A DNA stretch of 64,000 nt, from positions 137,417 to 201,416 of the forward strand of contig JBDTME010000001.1 in NCBI GenBank assembly GCA_039934415.1, given 5' to 3'. A program made the position numbers and the translations under genes. Source of the DNA: Patescibacteria group bacterium. GTDB taxonomy: Bacteria > Patescibacteriota > Microgenomatia > UBA1400 > PJMF01. Positions 20,027-29,593 of the stretch are shown here, in pieces. The notes under the pieces were generated by a model that worked only from the letters and a program-made list of their open reading frames with translations, was not told where the DNA came from and did no database searches. Position 1 is the first letter of the stretch, and each line of letters starts with the position of its first letter.

Positions 20027-20479
20027 TTAGATTTGAGCTTTGAGATCTTGAAGTGAGGCGTTAAACGCATTGGTTGTTAAGGAAGACCCACCTACCCGGT
20101 CAATATTGGTGAGTTCACTCAACTTTTTTCCTTTAATAACAGCAGGTAAACCTTCAGCAAATTTCGTCTGGCGATCAACTGAAATTGGTTTTAATCCATG
20201 TATCTCAGTTTTTGCATCAGAAATAATGCCGTTTTCATCTAGTACTAAAGTAAATCCGACAGCCTCTTCTCCAGCAGGCGATTGATACTTTGTTGTTACA
20301 CTAACTTCCTTACCTTTGGTCATTCCTTCTGATGTTTTTTGGGTAGGTGCTGGTGTCATTTCGGCGGTAACTTCAGGAGTAACTGTTTGGTCTGAAGAAG
20401 AAGGCTGCGGCTGGCATGCTGCCAAAAGTACGCTTGAAACAATTGCGACACTGAGTAGAAGAGTAGTGGATTTTGGCAT
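20027..20479 (-). CDS. FMN-binding (flavinylation substrate) lipoprotein
   Basis: Lipobox LAAC (Cys22), Pro/Thr linker, and C-terminal IDRVGGSSLTTNAF resembling the D-x-x-[ST]-G-A-[ST] motif. Directly upstream of apbE; AGGAGG SD 5 nt before ATG. Confidence 0.8.
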   Translation of the reverse strand: MPKSTTLLLSVAIVSSVLLAACQPQPSSSDQTVTPEVTAEMTPAPTQKTSEGMTKGKEVSVTTKYQSPAGEEAVGFTLVLDENGIISDAKTEIHGLKPISVDRQTKFAEGLPAVIKGKKLSELTNIDRVGGSSLTTNAFNASLQDLKAQI

Positions 20480-20528
20480 GTTGGCCTCCTATAATGTATG
20501 TAATATATAGACGAAGATAGATAATACC
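20480..20528. promoter_or_regulatory. 49-bp divergent promoter region shared by the lipoprotein-apbE unit and the RnfD-like gene
   Basis: Plus-strand TATAAT at 20490-20495; minus-strand TATATT at 20507-20502; minus-strand AGGAGG at 20490-20485. Confidence 0.5.
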
Positions 20529-21386
20529 ATGAAAAGAAATTTGTTACCGATAAAAATTCTAATACTCTATCTTATTTTACTAATGCTGATTGGTAGCTTA
20601 AGTCAAGCAGGATTATCACTGAGTGTGTGGTTTACTCAGTTTAGAAATTTCGCTTTAGTACTAGGTGGAGCGCAAGCAGTCTATAGTCTTTTGCTCTTTT
20701 TAAAAAAAACAAAGCCAACTATATTCGACCACCGATTGATTACCTGTGCAATTCTATTTTTGTTATTCTACTCTGATAATCCTTGGTATTTTTTCTTTGG
20801 TTTGGGTGTCAGTGTCGAACTTCTGCAACGCTTCATTCGCTTGCCGACTGGTCCTGTAGTGAACCCTGCAGGTTTCGTTGTATTGATTGCAACACTAATG
20901 GGTTACTACCCAGTCTGGTGGGGAGCAAGTTTTGCACCTCGAACCCCTTTGTCTTTTGGTGGTATAAGTGTGGCGGTACTTTTTACAATTCCTTTTGGTT
21001 TATACGTTGCATATAAATATAGAAAATTAAAAATCATCTTTTCTTTATTATTGGCATTTGCTTTGTCTTACCTTTTCATATCTCAACACAGTCCTCTTTT
21101 TATAATCACAGAAGGTACTTTCCTATTCTTTGCTTTAGTAATGGCAATTGAACCAAAGACGTCACCTGTAATACGCAATGAGCAAATAGTATACGGAGTT
21201 ACGTTAGGAATATTAGTTACGCTTGCAAATATAATTAATTTCCCTGAAACATTTGTTGGTCCTCTAGTCCTATGCAATATCATTTTTAATATGTATAGAA
21301 ATCGAAAATTTTTAGCTACGAAGTTTCGTCGATCTTCCGTACCCACCTCGCCAGTAGTAACTGGCAGTGCTACAATCAGCCAATGA
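20529..21386 (+). CDS. NqrB/RnfD-like integral membrane protein, stand-alone (no fused FAD/NAD-binding domain)
   Basis: Multi-TM; VVNPAGF, WWG and FFALVMAIEPKTSP (cf. RnfD FFMATDPVTSP); divergent from the FMN-protein/apbE genes. Confidence 0.75.
   Translation: MKRNLLPIKILILYLILLMLIGSLSQAGLSLSVWFTQFRNFALVLGGAQAVYSLLLFLKKTKPTIFDHRLITCAILFLLFYSDNPWYFFFGLGVSVELLQRFIRLPTGPVVNPAGFVVLIATLMGYYPVWWGASFAPRTPLSFGGISVAVLFTIPFGLYVAYKYRKLKIIFSLLLAFALSYLFISQHSPLFIITEGTFLFFALVMAIEPKTSPVIRNEQIVYGVTLGILVTLANIINFPETFVGPLVLCNIIFNMYRNRKFLATKFRRSSVPTSPVVTGSATISQ
21368..21376 (+). promoter_or_regulatory. Extended -10 element within the 3' end of the RnfD-like gene; leaderless UXS start
   Basis: TGc TACAAT followed by 6 nt and ATG 21383. 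Confidence 0.55.
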
Positions 21387-22366
21387 GTACACTACGTTTT
21401 TCTAACCAAATAGTTTTAATTACTGGGGCAGCAGGTTTCATTGGTTCACATTTGGCAGAAACTATCATGAACGAAGGTGGTCAAGTCATTGGGGTAGACA
21501 ACTTTATTACTGGCCAAAAGAAACATATTGACATGCTCGTTGAGCAATTTGGAACAGCATTCAAGTTTATTGAGGCAGATGTGAGCTCCAATCCTGAAGA
21601 GTACTTAGCTGAAGAGCAGAAAATAGATTTAATTTTACATTTTGCTTCACCAGCCAGTCCCCCGAAATATCAAGAACACCCTATGGAGACCTATTTAGTA
21701 AATAGCATGGGTACTCATCAACTTTTATCTTTTTTACGCGTTCACCATCCCCAAGCCAAGTTTTTGTTTGCTTCTACCTCAGAAATTTATGGAAATCCAC
21801 TCGTTCATCCACAAACAGAAATGTACTGGGGAAATGTTAATCCTAATGGCGTGCGCTCTTGTTATGATGAATCGAAGCGCATGGGAGAAACAATTTGTGG
21901 TGTTTTTCAAAGAGACTTTGAGATGGATGTGAGGATGGTTCGCATTTTTAACACATACGGTCCTCGGATTGATCTAGAAGATGGTCGTATTATCCCTAGT
22001 TTTATTAATGCTGTTCTAAATAAAACTCCAATGCTGATTTTTGGAGATGGTTCCCAGACACGTTCCTTTTGTTATGTTGATGATTTAGTTTCAGGTATCT
22101 TAGCACTTGCAGTACACCCTGATGGTAATGGACAGACTCTCAATTTGGGTAACCCCGGTGAGTTTACAGTGCTTGAAACTGTAAAAGTGTTTGAATTAAT
22201 TGTTGGAGAATCTCTTGCCTTAGAACATAGACCATTACCTCAGGATGATCCAATGCGTCGACAACCAGACATCACAAAAGCAAAATCCTTACTGAATTGG
22301 GAGCCGAAAGTCAGTTTTGAACAAGGTCTAATTAAAACACTTCAATACTTCCAGGCTCAGCATTAA
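21383..22366 (+). CDS. UDP-glucuronate decarboxylase (UDP-xylose synthase), extended SDR
   Basis: GAAGFIGS, HFASPASP, STSEIYG, YWGNVNPNGVRSCYDESKR, RIFNTYGP and DDPMRRQPDI motifs. Confidence 0.92.
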   Translation: MSTLRFSNQIVLITGAAGFIGSHLAETIMNEGGQVIGVDNFITGQKKHIDMLVEQFGTAFKFIEADVSSNPEEYLAEEQKIDLILHFASPASPPKYQEHPMETYLVNSMGTHQLLSFLRVHHPQAKFLFASTSEIYGNPLVHPQTEMYWGNVNPNGVRSCYDESKRMGETICGVFQRDFEMDVRMVRIFNTYGPRIDLEDGRIIPSFINAVLNKTPMLIFGDGSQTRSFCYVDDLVSGILALAVHPDGNGQTLNLGNPGEFTVLETVKVFELIVGESLALEHRPLPQDDPMRRQPDITKAKSLLNWEPKVSFEQGLIKTLQYFQAQH

Positions 22367-22386
22367 ATTTTAATCTCTGAAAATTT

Positions 22387-22860
22387 ATGAAAATTTTAAT
22401 TACGTTCGCGTCGATAGGTGGCAATACCATGATGGTTGCTCAAAAAATCGAAGAACTTTTGAAAGCACACGGCCAGGCTGAAGTAGAGTTAGTTGATATG
22501 GCTGAACTCGAACCAGCAACATTAAGCTCGTACCCGATTGTTTTTATAGGATCTTCTACCTGGGGTGATGGAGAATATAATGACTATTCACAAGTTTTTT
22601 TTGACAATTTGAAAGCAGCTACTGTTGACCTTAGCCAAAGCCGGTTTGCCATTTTTGGTTTAGGGGAAACTTTTTATCCAGTTTTTTGCGGTGCAGTTGA
22701 ACATATGCAGCAAGATTTGCAGACGAAACAGGCACAACTACTGGGTGAAGCTTTGAAAATTGATGGCTTTCCAGACGAGAATGTCATGCAATCTGTTGAG
22801 AAATGGGTAGAAGACATCATAAATGATGTAAATTTCACCTCTTCTCACATCGAGAAATAA
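22387..22860 (+). CDS. Short-chain flavodoxin
   Basis: SIGGNT FMN-phosphate loop, SSTWGDGE and FGLGETFYPVFCGA; very acidic. Confidence 0.9.
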   Translation: MKILITFASIGGNTMMVAQKIEELLKAHGQAEVELVDMAELEPATLSSYPIVFIGSSTWGDGEYNDYSQVFFDNLKAATVDLSQSRFAIFGLGETFYPVFCGAVEHMQQDLQTKQAQLLGEALKIDGFPDENVMQSVEKWVEDIINDVNFTSSHIEK

Positions 22861-22900
22861 TTGCTATGGTGGGGATATTTGAATTCAGGTTCATTCTAAG

Positions 22901-24166
22901 ATGAAGTATTTTCGCTCACTCATATCACATCCCTTTTTAAGAGGAACTTTCATCTTCACATCTCTCTCTTTTGTGGCCAGTTTGTTTAGTTATGCTTTTA
23001 ACTTTTTGCTGGCACACGTTGTATCCCGGACGCAATATGGTGAGTATTCAGCAGCTATTTCGTATTTCTCATTATTCACTGTCCCGTTTGGCGCGCTGAG
23101 CTTAATTTTAATGAAAAAAATAGGCCAAATATCTTTGTCACAGCGGGAAAGTTATGTATTAGCCGTAGAAAAATCGTTCTATCAAAGTATTGCTAAATAT
23201 TTACCACTTATCGCTATCATTTCTTTATTAGTGGGAGTGGTGCTCTTGTTTGTTTCTCGTTTACAACTTTCAAGTGTCGCGTTCGTCCTTGTTTTAACTG
23301 GGATGACTTTTTTTATTACAATTTACACATCATTTTTTCAGGCGAAGAAACAATTTGTATTTGCTGGAGTATTTCTTTGTTTGTTATCTTTGCTCAAAGT
23401 ACTTACTGGCGGAGTTTCGGCTTTTTTCCGAGATGATCTTTGGGAGTTATATCTCATGATTGGAATCATACACGTACTGATGATCTTATTTGCGAAATGG
23501 TATTTGAGGAGAGATGGAAAAAAGATGAGCGTGAATGTTACTTTTCCAAAATTTTCCATTTTAATTGCTCAACAATCTTTTTACATACCGGTTATTACTT
23601 TTCTAGGTTTGGTCGCGATGACTAATATTGATATCATGATTGTCAAACGCTTTTTCGATGCCGCTGACGTAGGTTCGTATGCAGCGATTTCTCTGTTAGG
23701 AAGAATTATCTTATATGTTAGTTTACCTCTAACTACTGTTGCATTTGCTTTTTTCACCGACAAAGAAACAAATAATCACAGTAATTCTGTGCTGTGGATT
23801 AGTTTGGGATTTCTAGCTATTTTAGGAGTCATCAGTGTCGCAGGTTATACGCTTTTTCCAATGTTAGTTGTGAAAATTATTTTTGGGGCACAATATTTGT
23901 CTATTTCTTCTGTAGTTTGGTTAGCTGCAGTGTTTGGTTCTATTTATTCTTTGGCCACCTTGCTTGGTCAATACTGGGTAGCTCAACACCACCCAATTAG
24001 CATGGCTTCTCTATTATGCGCTGCAATACAAGCTGTTTGGTTAATGGTCATGCATGACACGTTTGTCACGGTGTTGTCGATCTCAATTGTGTGCTCAACA
24101 GTCTTACTAGTTATTTACTTGTCTGCCCTCATTTATCACCAAAGGTGGATCTATGTTTCAGCGTGA
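22901..24166 (+). CDS. Wzx-type oligosaccharide flippase (MOP superfamily)
   Basis: About 12 TM; YGEYS, NIDIMIVKRFF..VGSYAA and FGAQY motifs. Confidence 0.82.
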   Translation: MKYFRSLISHPFLRGTFIFTSLSFVASLFSYAFNFLLAHVVSRTQYGEYSAAISYFSLFTVPFGALSLILMKKIGQISLSQRESYVLAVEKSFYQSIAKYLPLIAIISLLVGVVLLFVSRLQLSSVAFVLVLTGMTFFITIYTSFFQAKKQFVFAGVFLCLLSLLKVLTGGVSAFFRDDLWELYLMIGIIHVLMILFAKWYLRRDGKKMSVNVTFPKFSILIAQQSFYIPVITFLGLVAMTNIDIMIVKRFFDAADVGSYAAISLLGRIILYVSLPLTTVAFAFFTDKETNNHSNSVLWISLGFLAILGVISVAGYTLFPMLVVKIIFGAQYLSISSVVWLAAVFGSIYSLATLLGQYWVAQHHPISMASLLCAAIQAVWLMVMHDTFVTVLSISIVCSTVLLVIYLSALIYHQRWIYVSA

Positions 24167-24950
24167 CAGCCATTTCTTAAGTCTTATTGTCCCTGCCTTT
24201 CGTCAAGAAAAAACAATCGTTAAGAATATAAAACAGCTCCTGAATGTGTTGGATACTATTCGATACGACTATGAACTCATCATTGTCATTGATGGGAAAG
24301 TTGACGAATCTTTGAAGATTTTAAAAAAAGCGAAATTGGGAAAGACAACAATTGTTAGTTATAAACAAAACCGTGGCAAAGCGTTTGCGATTAGAATGGG
24401 GATGAATCGTGCTAAAGGTGACTATGTCATGTTTATAGATTCAGGATTAGAAATCGATCCAAACGGAATCTCGATGTTACTTGAGCATATGGAGTGGTAT
24501 GACGCTGATGTGATTGTTGGGTCGAAGAGGCACCCAGCTTCTCATGTGAACTATACTTGGCAGCGGAAAATACTGAGTTATGGGTACTATTATTTTGTGC
24601 GATTGTTCTTTGGGTTAAATGTCAGAGATACTCAAGCGGGAATCAAAATTTTCAAGAAATCAGTTTTGGAAAAAATCTTGCACAGATTAGTGGAAAAGAG
24701 ATTTGCGGGAGATTTGGAAATGTTGGTTGTAGCAAGGCAAGTGGGGTCAAGACGTATCTTTGAGGCACCGATTAAGTTAAATTACGAGTTCAGTACATTG
24801 ACTTCAGCTGCTACTTATCGATCGATATTTTTCATTATTGTGGATACGTTAGCTATTTTCTATCGAGCACATATTATTAGATATTACCGAGGGACGCATC
24901 ATCGATTAGTAGAGCCAAAAGACATTCGAATCTACCGTCTGACGAAATGA
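24153..24950 (+). CDS. GT2 glycosyltransferase, dolichol-P-mannose-synthase-like (polyprenyl-P-sugar synthase)
   Basis: NRGKAFAIR, FIDSG, VGSKRHP, DTQAGIKIF and FAGDLE motifs. Confidence 0.85.
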   Translation: MFQRDSHFLSLIVPAFRQEKTIVKNIKQLLNVLDTIRYDYELIIVIDGKVDESLKILKKAKLGKTTIVSYKQNRGKAFAIRMGMNRAKGDYVMFIDSGLEIDPNGISMLLEHMEWYDADVIVGSKRHPASHVNYTWQRKILSYGYYYFVRLFFGLNVRDTQAGIKIFKKSVLEKILHRLVEKRFAGDLEMLVVARQVGSRRIFEAPIKLNYEFSTLTSAATYRSIFFIIVDTLAIFYRAHIIRYYRGTHHRLVEPKDIRIYRLTK

Positions 24951-26059
24951 TAAATAAGACAAGAAGTATCATTATCTTTAATTGGCGTGACCCTAGTGAT
25001 CCTCTGGCTGGAGGCGCTGAGCGAGTTACACTCAAGCACGCCCAATACTGGGTTGCAGTTGGTCATCAAGTAACTTGGGTGAGCGGTACTTTTCCAGGTT
25101 GTAAGAAAGAGGAAAATAAGGGAAAAATTCGCTTCATCAGATTAGGTAGTTCGAGAACACTATTTCTCAGAGCTTGGTGGATTTTTTGGATTCGATTAAA
25201 CGGCAACTTTGACGTTGTAATTGATGAAGTGCATGGTTTGCCCATGTTTTCTCCATTATGGTCCGGAGACAAAAAGGTGATTACTTTCATTCATGAGGTT
25301 GCACAGGAAATTTGGGCGGAGATGTTCGCTGTTCCCATTAGCTGGCTTGGTCAATGGTTTGAGCGTTGGATTTTTCCGAGGATCTATCACTCCACCCTTT
25401 TTTGGGTAGACTGCCAATCAACTTTACTTGATTTAGTCAAAATTGGAATTCCTATGAAAAGGATTTCAGTCATTCCTTGTGCAATCGACCCAGTTCCTAA
25501 CATTCCTAAACAATCGAAAGAGAAAGATTTAACACTTATTTTTGTAGCGCGACTCGTCAAAATGAAAGGGATTGAGTTTGCTTTGCAATCCTTTGCAAGG
25601 ATTTTGCAAGATGAACCAAAAGCAAAGCTTTGGGTTGTCGGAGGTGGTTCAACTGAGTATCTAAAAACTTTGCATGTTATTTGTAAAAAGTTGAATATTA
25701 TAAAGCAAGTCAGGTTCTATGGGTTAGTTGAAGAAAAACAAAAATTTATTTTACTCGCAAAAGCACATTTTCTCATTCACACGTCAATTAGAGAGGGTTT
25801 TGGATTAACAGTGCTTGAAGCAAATTCACAACGGACCCCAGCAGCAGTGTTTGACGTTCCAGCCTTAAGAGATCTCGTGAATGATCAAAATGGTATTATT
25901 GTGCCATTTGAAGATACGGATCAATTGGCTCGACAGATTCTGTTGCTTTTTCAGAATGATAAGCGCTATGGGAGAATTCAAAAAACGGCGTATACTTTTA
26001 GTCAACAATTTAGATGGAGCACCTTCACTCAACAGAGTGAAGCGTTGGTGAAGGTATGA
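24947..26059 (+). CDS. GT4 glycosyltransferase
   Basis: FNWRD..AGGAE, RLVKMKG and SIREGFGLTVLEA motifs. Confidence 0.88.
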   Translation: MINKTRSIIIFNWRDPSDPLAGGAERVTLKHAQYWVAVGHQVTWVSGTFPGCKKEENKGKIRFIRLGSSRTLFLRAWWIFWIRLNGNFDVVIDEVHGLPMFSPLWSGDKKVITFIHEVAQEIWAEMFAVPISWLGQWFERWIFPRIYHSTLFWVDCQSTLLDLVKIGIPMKRISVIPCAIDPVPNIPKQSKEKDLTLIFVARLVKMKGIEFALQSFARILQDEPKAKLWVVGGGSTEYLKTLHVICKKLNIIKQVRFYGLVEEKQKFILLAKAHFLIHTSIREGFGLTVLEANSQRTPAAVFDVPALRDLVNDQNGIIVPFEDTDQLARQILLLFQNDKRYGRIQKTAYTFSQQFRWSTFTQQSEALVKV

Positions 26060-27201
26060 GTAGTTCTGTACAATTTTTCCCCTTGGCGAAACCTGTACTG
26101 GGACGGGAGGAAGAAAAAGCGGTTATTGAGGCTTTACGTTCTGGTTGGATTACATTGGGCCCAAAAACTGCAGAGTTCGAAGAGCAATTTTGTAAATACA
26201 TTGGCTGTAAATACGCGATTGCGCTTAATTCTGCAACCGCAGCATTGCACATCGCATTTTTTGATTTGAATTTAAAGCCTGGAGACGAAGTGATTGTTCC
26301 TGCTTTTACATTTGCGGCTACTGTCAACACAGTTATTCATTCTGGAGGAACTCCTGTTTTAGCTGATGTTGATCCCGAAACGTTTTGTCTTAATCCTAAA
26401 TCAGTTGAGGCAAAAATCACTTCTCGCACGCGAGCAATTTGTGCTGTTCATTATGCAGGTCATCCTTGTGATATGGATGCGCTTGAAAAACTTGCCAAAA
26501 AACATCATTTAGAAATCGTAGAAGATGCTGCCACTGCAGTGGGTACGGAGTACCATGGAAAAAAAATTGGTAACTCGAATCATTCAGTTTGTTTTAGTTT
26601 TCATCCGATAAAAAACATGACCACAGGGGACGGTGGAATGCTGACGATCAATGATAAAGAAAAAGCAGACCGGATGCGTCTACTCCGTTTGCAAGGTATG
26701 AACAAAGAAGCATGGAAACGGTTGGATAAGTCGGGTTCCTGGTTCTATGAGATCGTTGCACCTGGATTTAAGTACAACATGACGGATATATCGGCAGCAA
26801 TTGGTATAGAACAGCTCAAAAAACTCGACAAATTTGACAAGAGAAGAACGGCTATAGTGAAAATGTATAAAAAATTACTTAAGAATAAAGAACTCACTTT
26901 TCAAAAAATTCAACGAGATGTTGTTCACAGTCACAACCTTTTTCCAATCTTGCTGCCTGAACGACTTATTTCAAAACGTAATGAAATCATTGATAAATTA
27001 AAAGAGGCTCAAATTGGGGCAAACGTCTATTATATTCCACTCAATTATCATCCGTACTATCAAGAAAAGTTTGGTTGGAAAAAAGGTGAGTATCCAGTGA
27101 CGGAATCAATTTATTCTCGGTTGATAAATTTGCCACTCTACCCTAGTTTGAAAAATCAAGACATTGAATACATTGCTGAACACGTTGCAAAACTATTATG
27201 A
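26056..27201 (+). CDS. DegT/DnrJ/EryC1/StrS PLP-dependent NDP-sugar aminotransferase (PseC/ArnB-like)
   Basis: SGWITLGP, NSATAALH, EDAA, SFHPIKNMTTGDGG (PLP lysine) and GFKYNMTD. Confidence 0.92.
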   Translation: MSSSVQFFPLAKPVLGREEEKAVIEALRSGWITLGPKTAEFEEQFCKYIGCKYAIALNSATAALHIAFFDLNLKPGDEVIVPAFTFAATVNTVIHSGGTPVLADVDPETFCLNPKSVEAKITSRTRAICAVHYAGHPCDMDALEKLAKKHHLEIVEDAATAVGTEYHGKKIGNSNHSVCFSFHPIKNMTTGDGGMLTINDKEKADRMRLLRLQGMNKEAWKRLDKSGSWFYEIVAPGFKYNMTDISAAIGIEQLKKLDKFDKRRTAIVKMYKKLLKNKELTFQKIQRDVVHSHNLFPILLPERLISKRNEIIDKLKEAQIGANVYYIPLNYHPYYQEKFGWKKGEYPVTESIYSRLINLPLYPSLKNQDIEYIAEHVAKLL

Positions 27202-28085
27202 TGTACATTCCAGATCGGAAGAGTCTTTCAGTTATTTTAAAAAAATCAGATCAATATCAAAATTGGGTTGACCAATATTTGGTGGATATTGCCGATCAAG
27301 TAAAGATTCAGCACGAGGATGCCTTTTTATATCATCACCAAGACAAATTTGATTCTGAGATGTTTGGATTGAAAGTTGGCAAAATTGAGGACGTCATTGG
27401 TGAAAATAAGTCAAATATTTTACATGTTGTCAATGAATTCTTTGAGACTAACCCATACGAGTATTGTGTAATTCGTTTGGCCCAGCACTTCATTGATTGG
27501 ATTCAAGCATTTCAACAACATGGTGCACTCTTTTTGGATGCTACCGTAGAATTAGTTTGTGACGTTCACAAAGTGAGTACTCCCTCAATTTCTCCGTTGG
27601 TCACTGAGGAGCTTAGTCAGAAAATGATTGACCAGACTTTGGAGATTGCCAGTTCATTCTGCCACGGTCGTTTTTTTACTGATCCAGATCTTCAAAAGGG
27701 GTTTGAAGTGTACACAACTTGGATTCAGAATTCGATTGATAAAAAAGCTGCTGATAGAACTTTCGTGTTATACGACCAAGATCAGGTTCATGGTTTTGCT
27801 ACGATCAAAGGTGGTCTTCTTGGTGATCTAAAGAGTTGGCGAATTCAGTTAGTTGGAAAGCATGGGAACTCGGTTCGCTCTGGGGTGGCTGAAACATTAT
27901 TACAACATGTTATCGCAGTTGCTCAACAAGACAATGTTGACGTTGTTTTGATTGCAACGCAATGCACTAACATCCCTGCCTTACGGGCATATCAGAGTGC
28001 TGGATTTTCACCATATGGGAGTGGAGTCACTTTAGGTTGGAAAAAACATCGGAAGTCGATTCAAGAGGATACTAGCCAAGTTTAA
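27198..28085 (+). CDS. GNAT N-acetyltransferase, WecD/RffC-like (4-amino-sugar acetyltransferase)
   Basis: HGRFFTDP, YTTWIQNS and ATQCTNIPALRAYQSAGF; ATGA-coupled to the aminotransferase. Confidence 0.75.
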   Translation: MMYIPDRKSLSVILKKSDQYQNWVDQYLVDIADQVKIQHEDAFLYHHQDKFDSEMFGLKVGKIEDVIGENKSNILHVVNEFFETNPYEYCVIRLAQHFIDWIQAFQQHGALFLDATVELVCDVHKVSTPSISPLVTEELSQKMIDQTLEIASSFCHGRFFTDPDLQKGFEVYTTWIQNSIDKKAADRTFVLYDQDQVHGFATIKGGLLGDLKSWRIQLVGKHGNSVRSGVAETLLQHVIAVAQQDNVDVVLIATQCTNIPALRAYQSAGFSPYGSGVTLGWKKHRKSIQEDTSQV

Positions 28086-29565
28086 CAATTAAGTTATCTC
28101 CTGACTGATACACAACGTCTTTTTCTTTTAACCCCAATTCCTTTAATGTCGCAAAACTTGTTCTGACAAGTGCATGAGTAAGTGAGTATTTTTTGGCCAA
28201 TTCTTTGAGCGATATTGTTAAAATAGGGTAAACTTCCTGAATTTTCATTAGCCCTGGATTATCGGCATTTACAAATACCTGTGCATTAGTGTGATATACC
28301 AACAGAGTGGTGTTTTGGTGTGGTACAGACACAATCCTTAGTGGTTTCTTTTGCTTGTTGATATAAGAAAAAATCTGCTGAAGCTCGCTAGTGACGCTAC
28401 GATTTTTGTCTTGTATTACTCCTTTTATTTGGACTGATAAAATAATCACAAGGTTTACGATGAGAAGCACCGTTGTTCCTAGTACTACAACAGTACTAAA
28501 TCGTGTACTAAGTGATTCAAAAACAAGGTACGCACTTAAAAGAGATGAAGGTACCGTTGCCATCTCAAGATAGCGTTGTCCTTCCCCTATTGGCATTAAA
28601 AATTTTATTTTTAACACCAATACACCGAAACAATAGAAGAACAAGATCCAAGCTGCATAAGTTAAGAATAGCGGTGAAATATTTATAAGATTGAAGTACC
28701 CTGCTCCAACAATGAGAAAACCACTGATCGCCCATGGATTTAAGCCAAACACTGCTACCGGTGAAAACACTGATAAAAATCGATAGATTTGACCCACCCA
28801 ATCAGTTTTGGTCTCTTTCTTTAGGACGCCTCTGACTTGATGGGCAAAACGATAATCAAGATTACAAATCCAGAAATAAATATTATAGAGATGTCCTTTT
28901 AGGACTCTTAAGTAGTAGCCTTTTGTTAAACTAACTGCCAACACGAACCCAACTAAAAACACTTGTACAAACAGTGCTGTATTCAGGTAATAAGTGAAAA
29001 ATATTGTGATGAAAAGATAGGATTGAGTTGCGAAACGATGTGTTAGAAATATGAATGTGCCAAAAATAATACCAAGGTATAGATAAATAGGATTGTGAAT
29101 ATAGTAAAAATTTAACAAACTAAGAGTGAGTATCGAAAAGTTGAGGTAGCCCAATGATCTAGGGGTTAAATAGCTATTTTCTAAAGCTACCATTGGTGTC
29201 AAAGCGTACATGAGTTGTGCAAGTAAAGATAAGCCTATATTTCCGGTGAAGTAATGTGTAACACTAAATATGAGCAAGACCTGTATAGAGTCAAAGAATG
29301 GGGCGATGAATCCTTGGAAGTTCAATAGTGTTTTGGGTGGTATAAAAGACAGTATCCAAGGAAAAACAGGTGGATAATCAAAATATCCTTCAATAATAAA
29401 TTGTTCCGAGAGCTTCTTTTGAGGAATGTGATGATTATTTTTGCGAATATGTGCTGTCTCTAATAAACGAGTCCAGACATCTACACCAAATAGCTTATTG
29501 AATAACCTTGGGTAGGATTGTAGAAAAAAACTTAAAATTGGGATGATTATTGCGAAAGGTGACAT
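28072..29565 (-). CDS. Multi-TM membrane protein, probable GT-C-fold glycosyltransferase
   Basis: First loop GVDVWTR..DYPPVFPW, TPRSLG and GEGQRY; C-terminal soluble domain. Start refined to ATG 29565. Confidence 0.6.
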   Translation of the reverse strand: MSPFAIIIPILSFFLQSYPRLFNKLFGVDVWTRLLETAHIRKNNHHIPQKKLSEQFIIEGYFDYPPVFPWILSFIPPKTLLNFQGFIAPFFDSIQVLLIFSVTHYFTGNIGLSLLAQLMYALTPMVALENSYLTPRSLGYLNFSILTLSLLNFYYIHNPIYLYLGIIFGTFIFLTHRFATQSYLFITIFFTYYLNTALFVQVFLVGFVLAVSLTKGYYLRVLKGHLYNIYFWICNLDYRFAHQVRGVLKKETKTDWVGQIYRFLSVFSPVAVFGLNPWAISGFLIVGAGYFNLINISPLFLTYAAWILFFYCFGVLVLKIKFLMPIGEGQRYLEMATVPSSLLSAYLVFESLSTRFSTVVVLGTTVLLIVNLVIILSVQIKGVIQDKNRSVTSELQQIFSYINKQKKPLRIVSVPHQNTTLLVYHTNAQVFVNADNPGLMKIQEVYPILTISLKELAKKYSLTHALVRTSFATLKELGLKEKDVVYQSGDNLIVKLG

Positions 29566-29593
29566 GTGGCGATAGTATAGGATAGCAAAAGCT

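Noticed and set aside
20529-21386. Complete Rnf or Na+-NQR respiratory complex
   Set aside because: Only one RnfD/NqrB-like subunit is present; no RnfA/B/C/E or NqrA/D/E/F genes are in the window.
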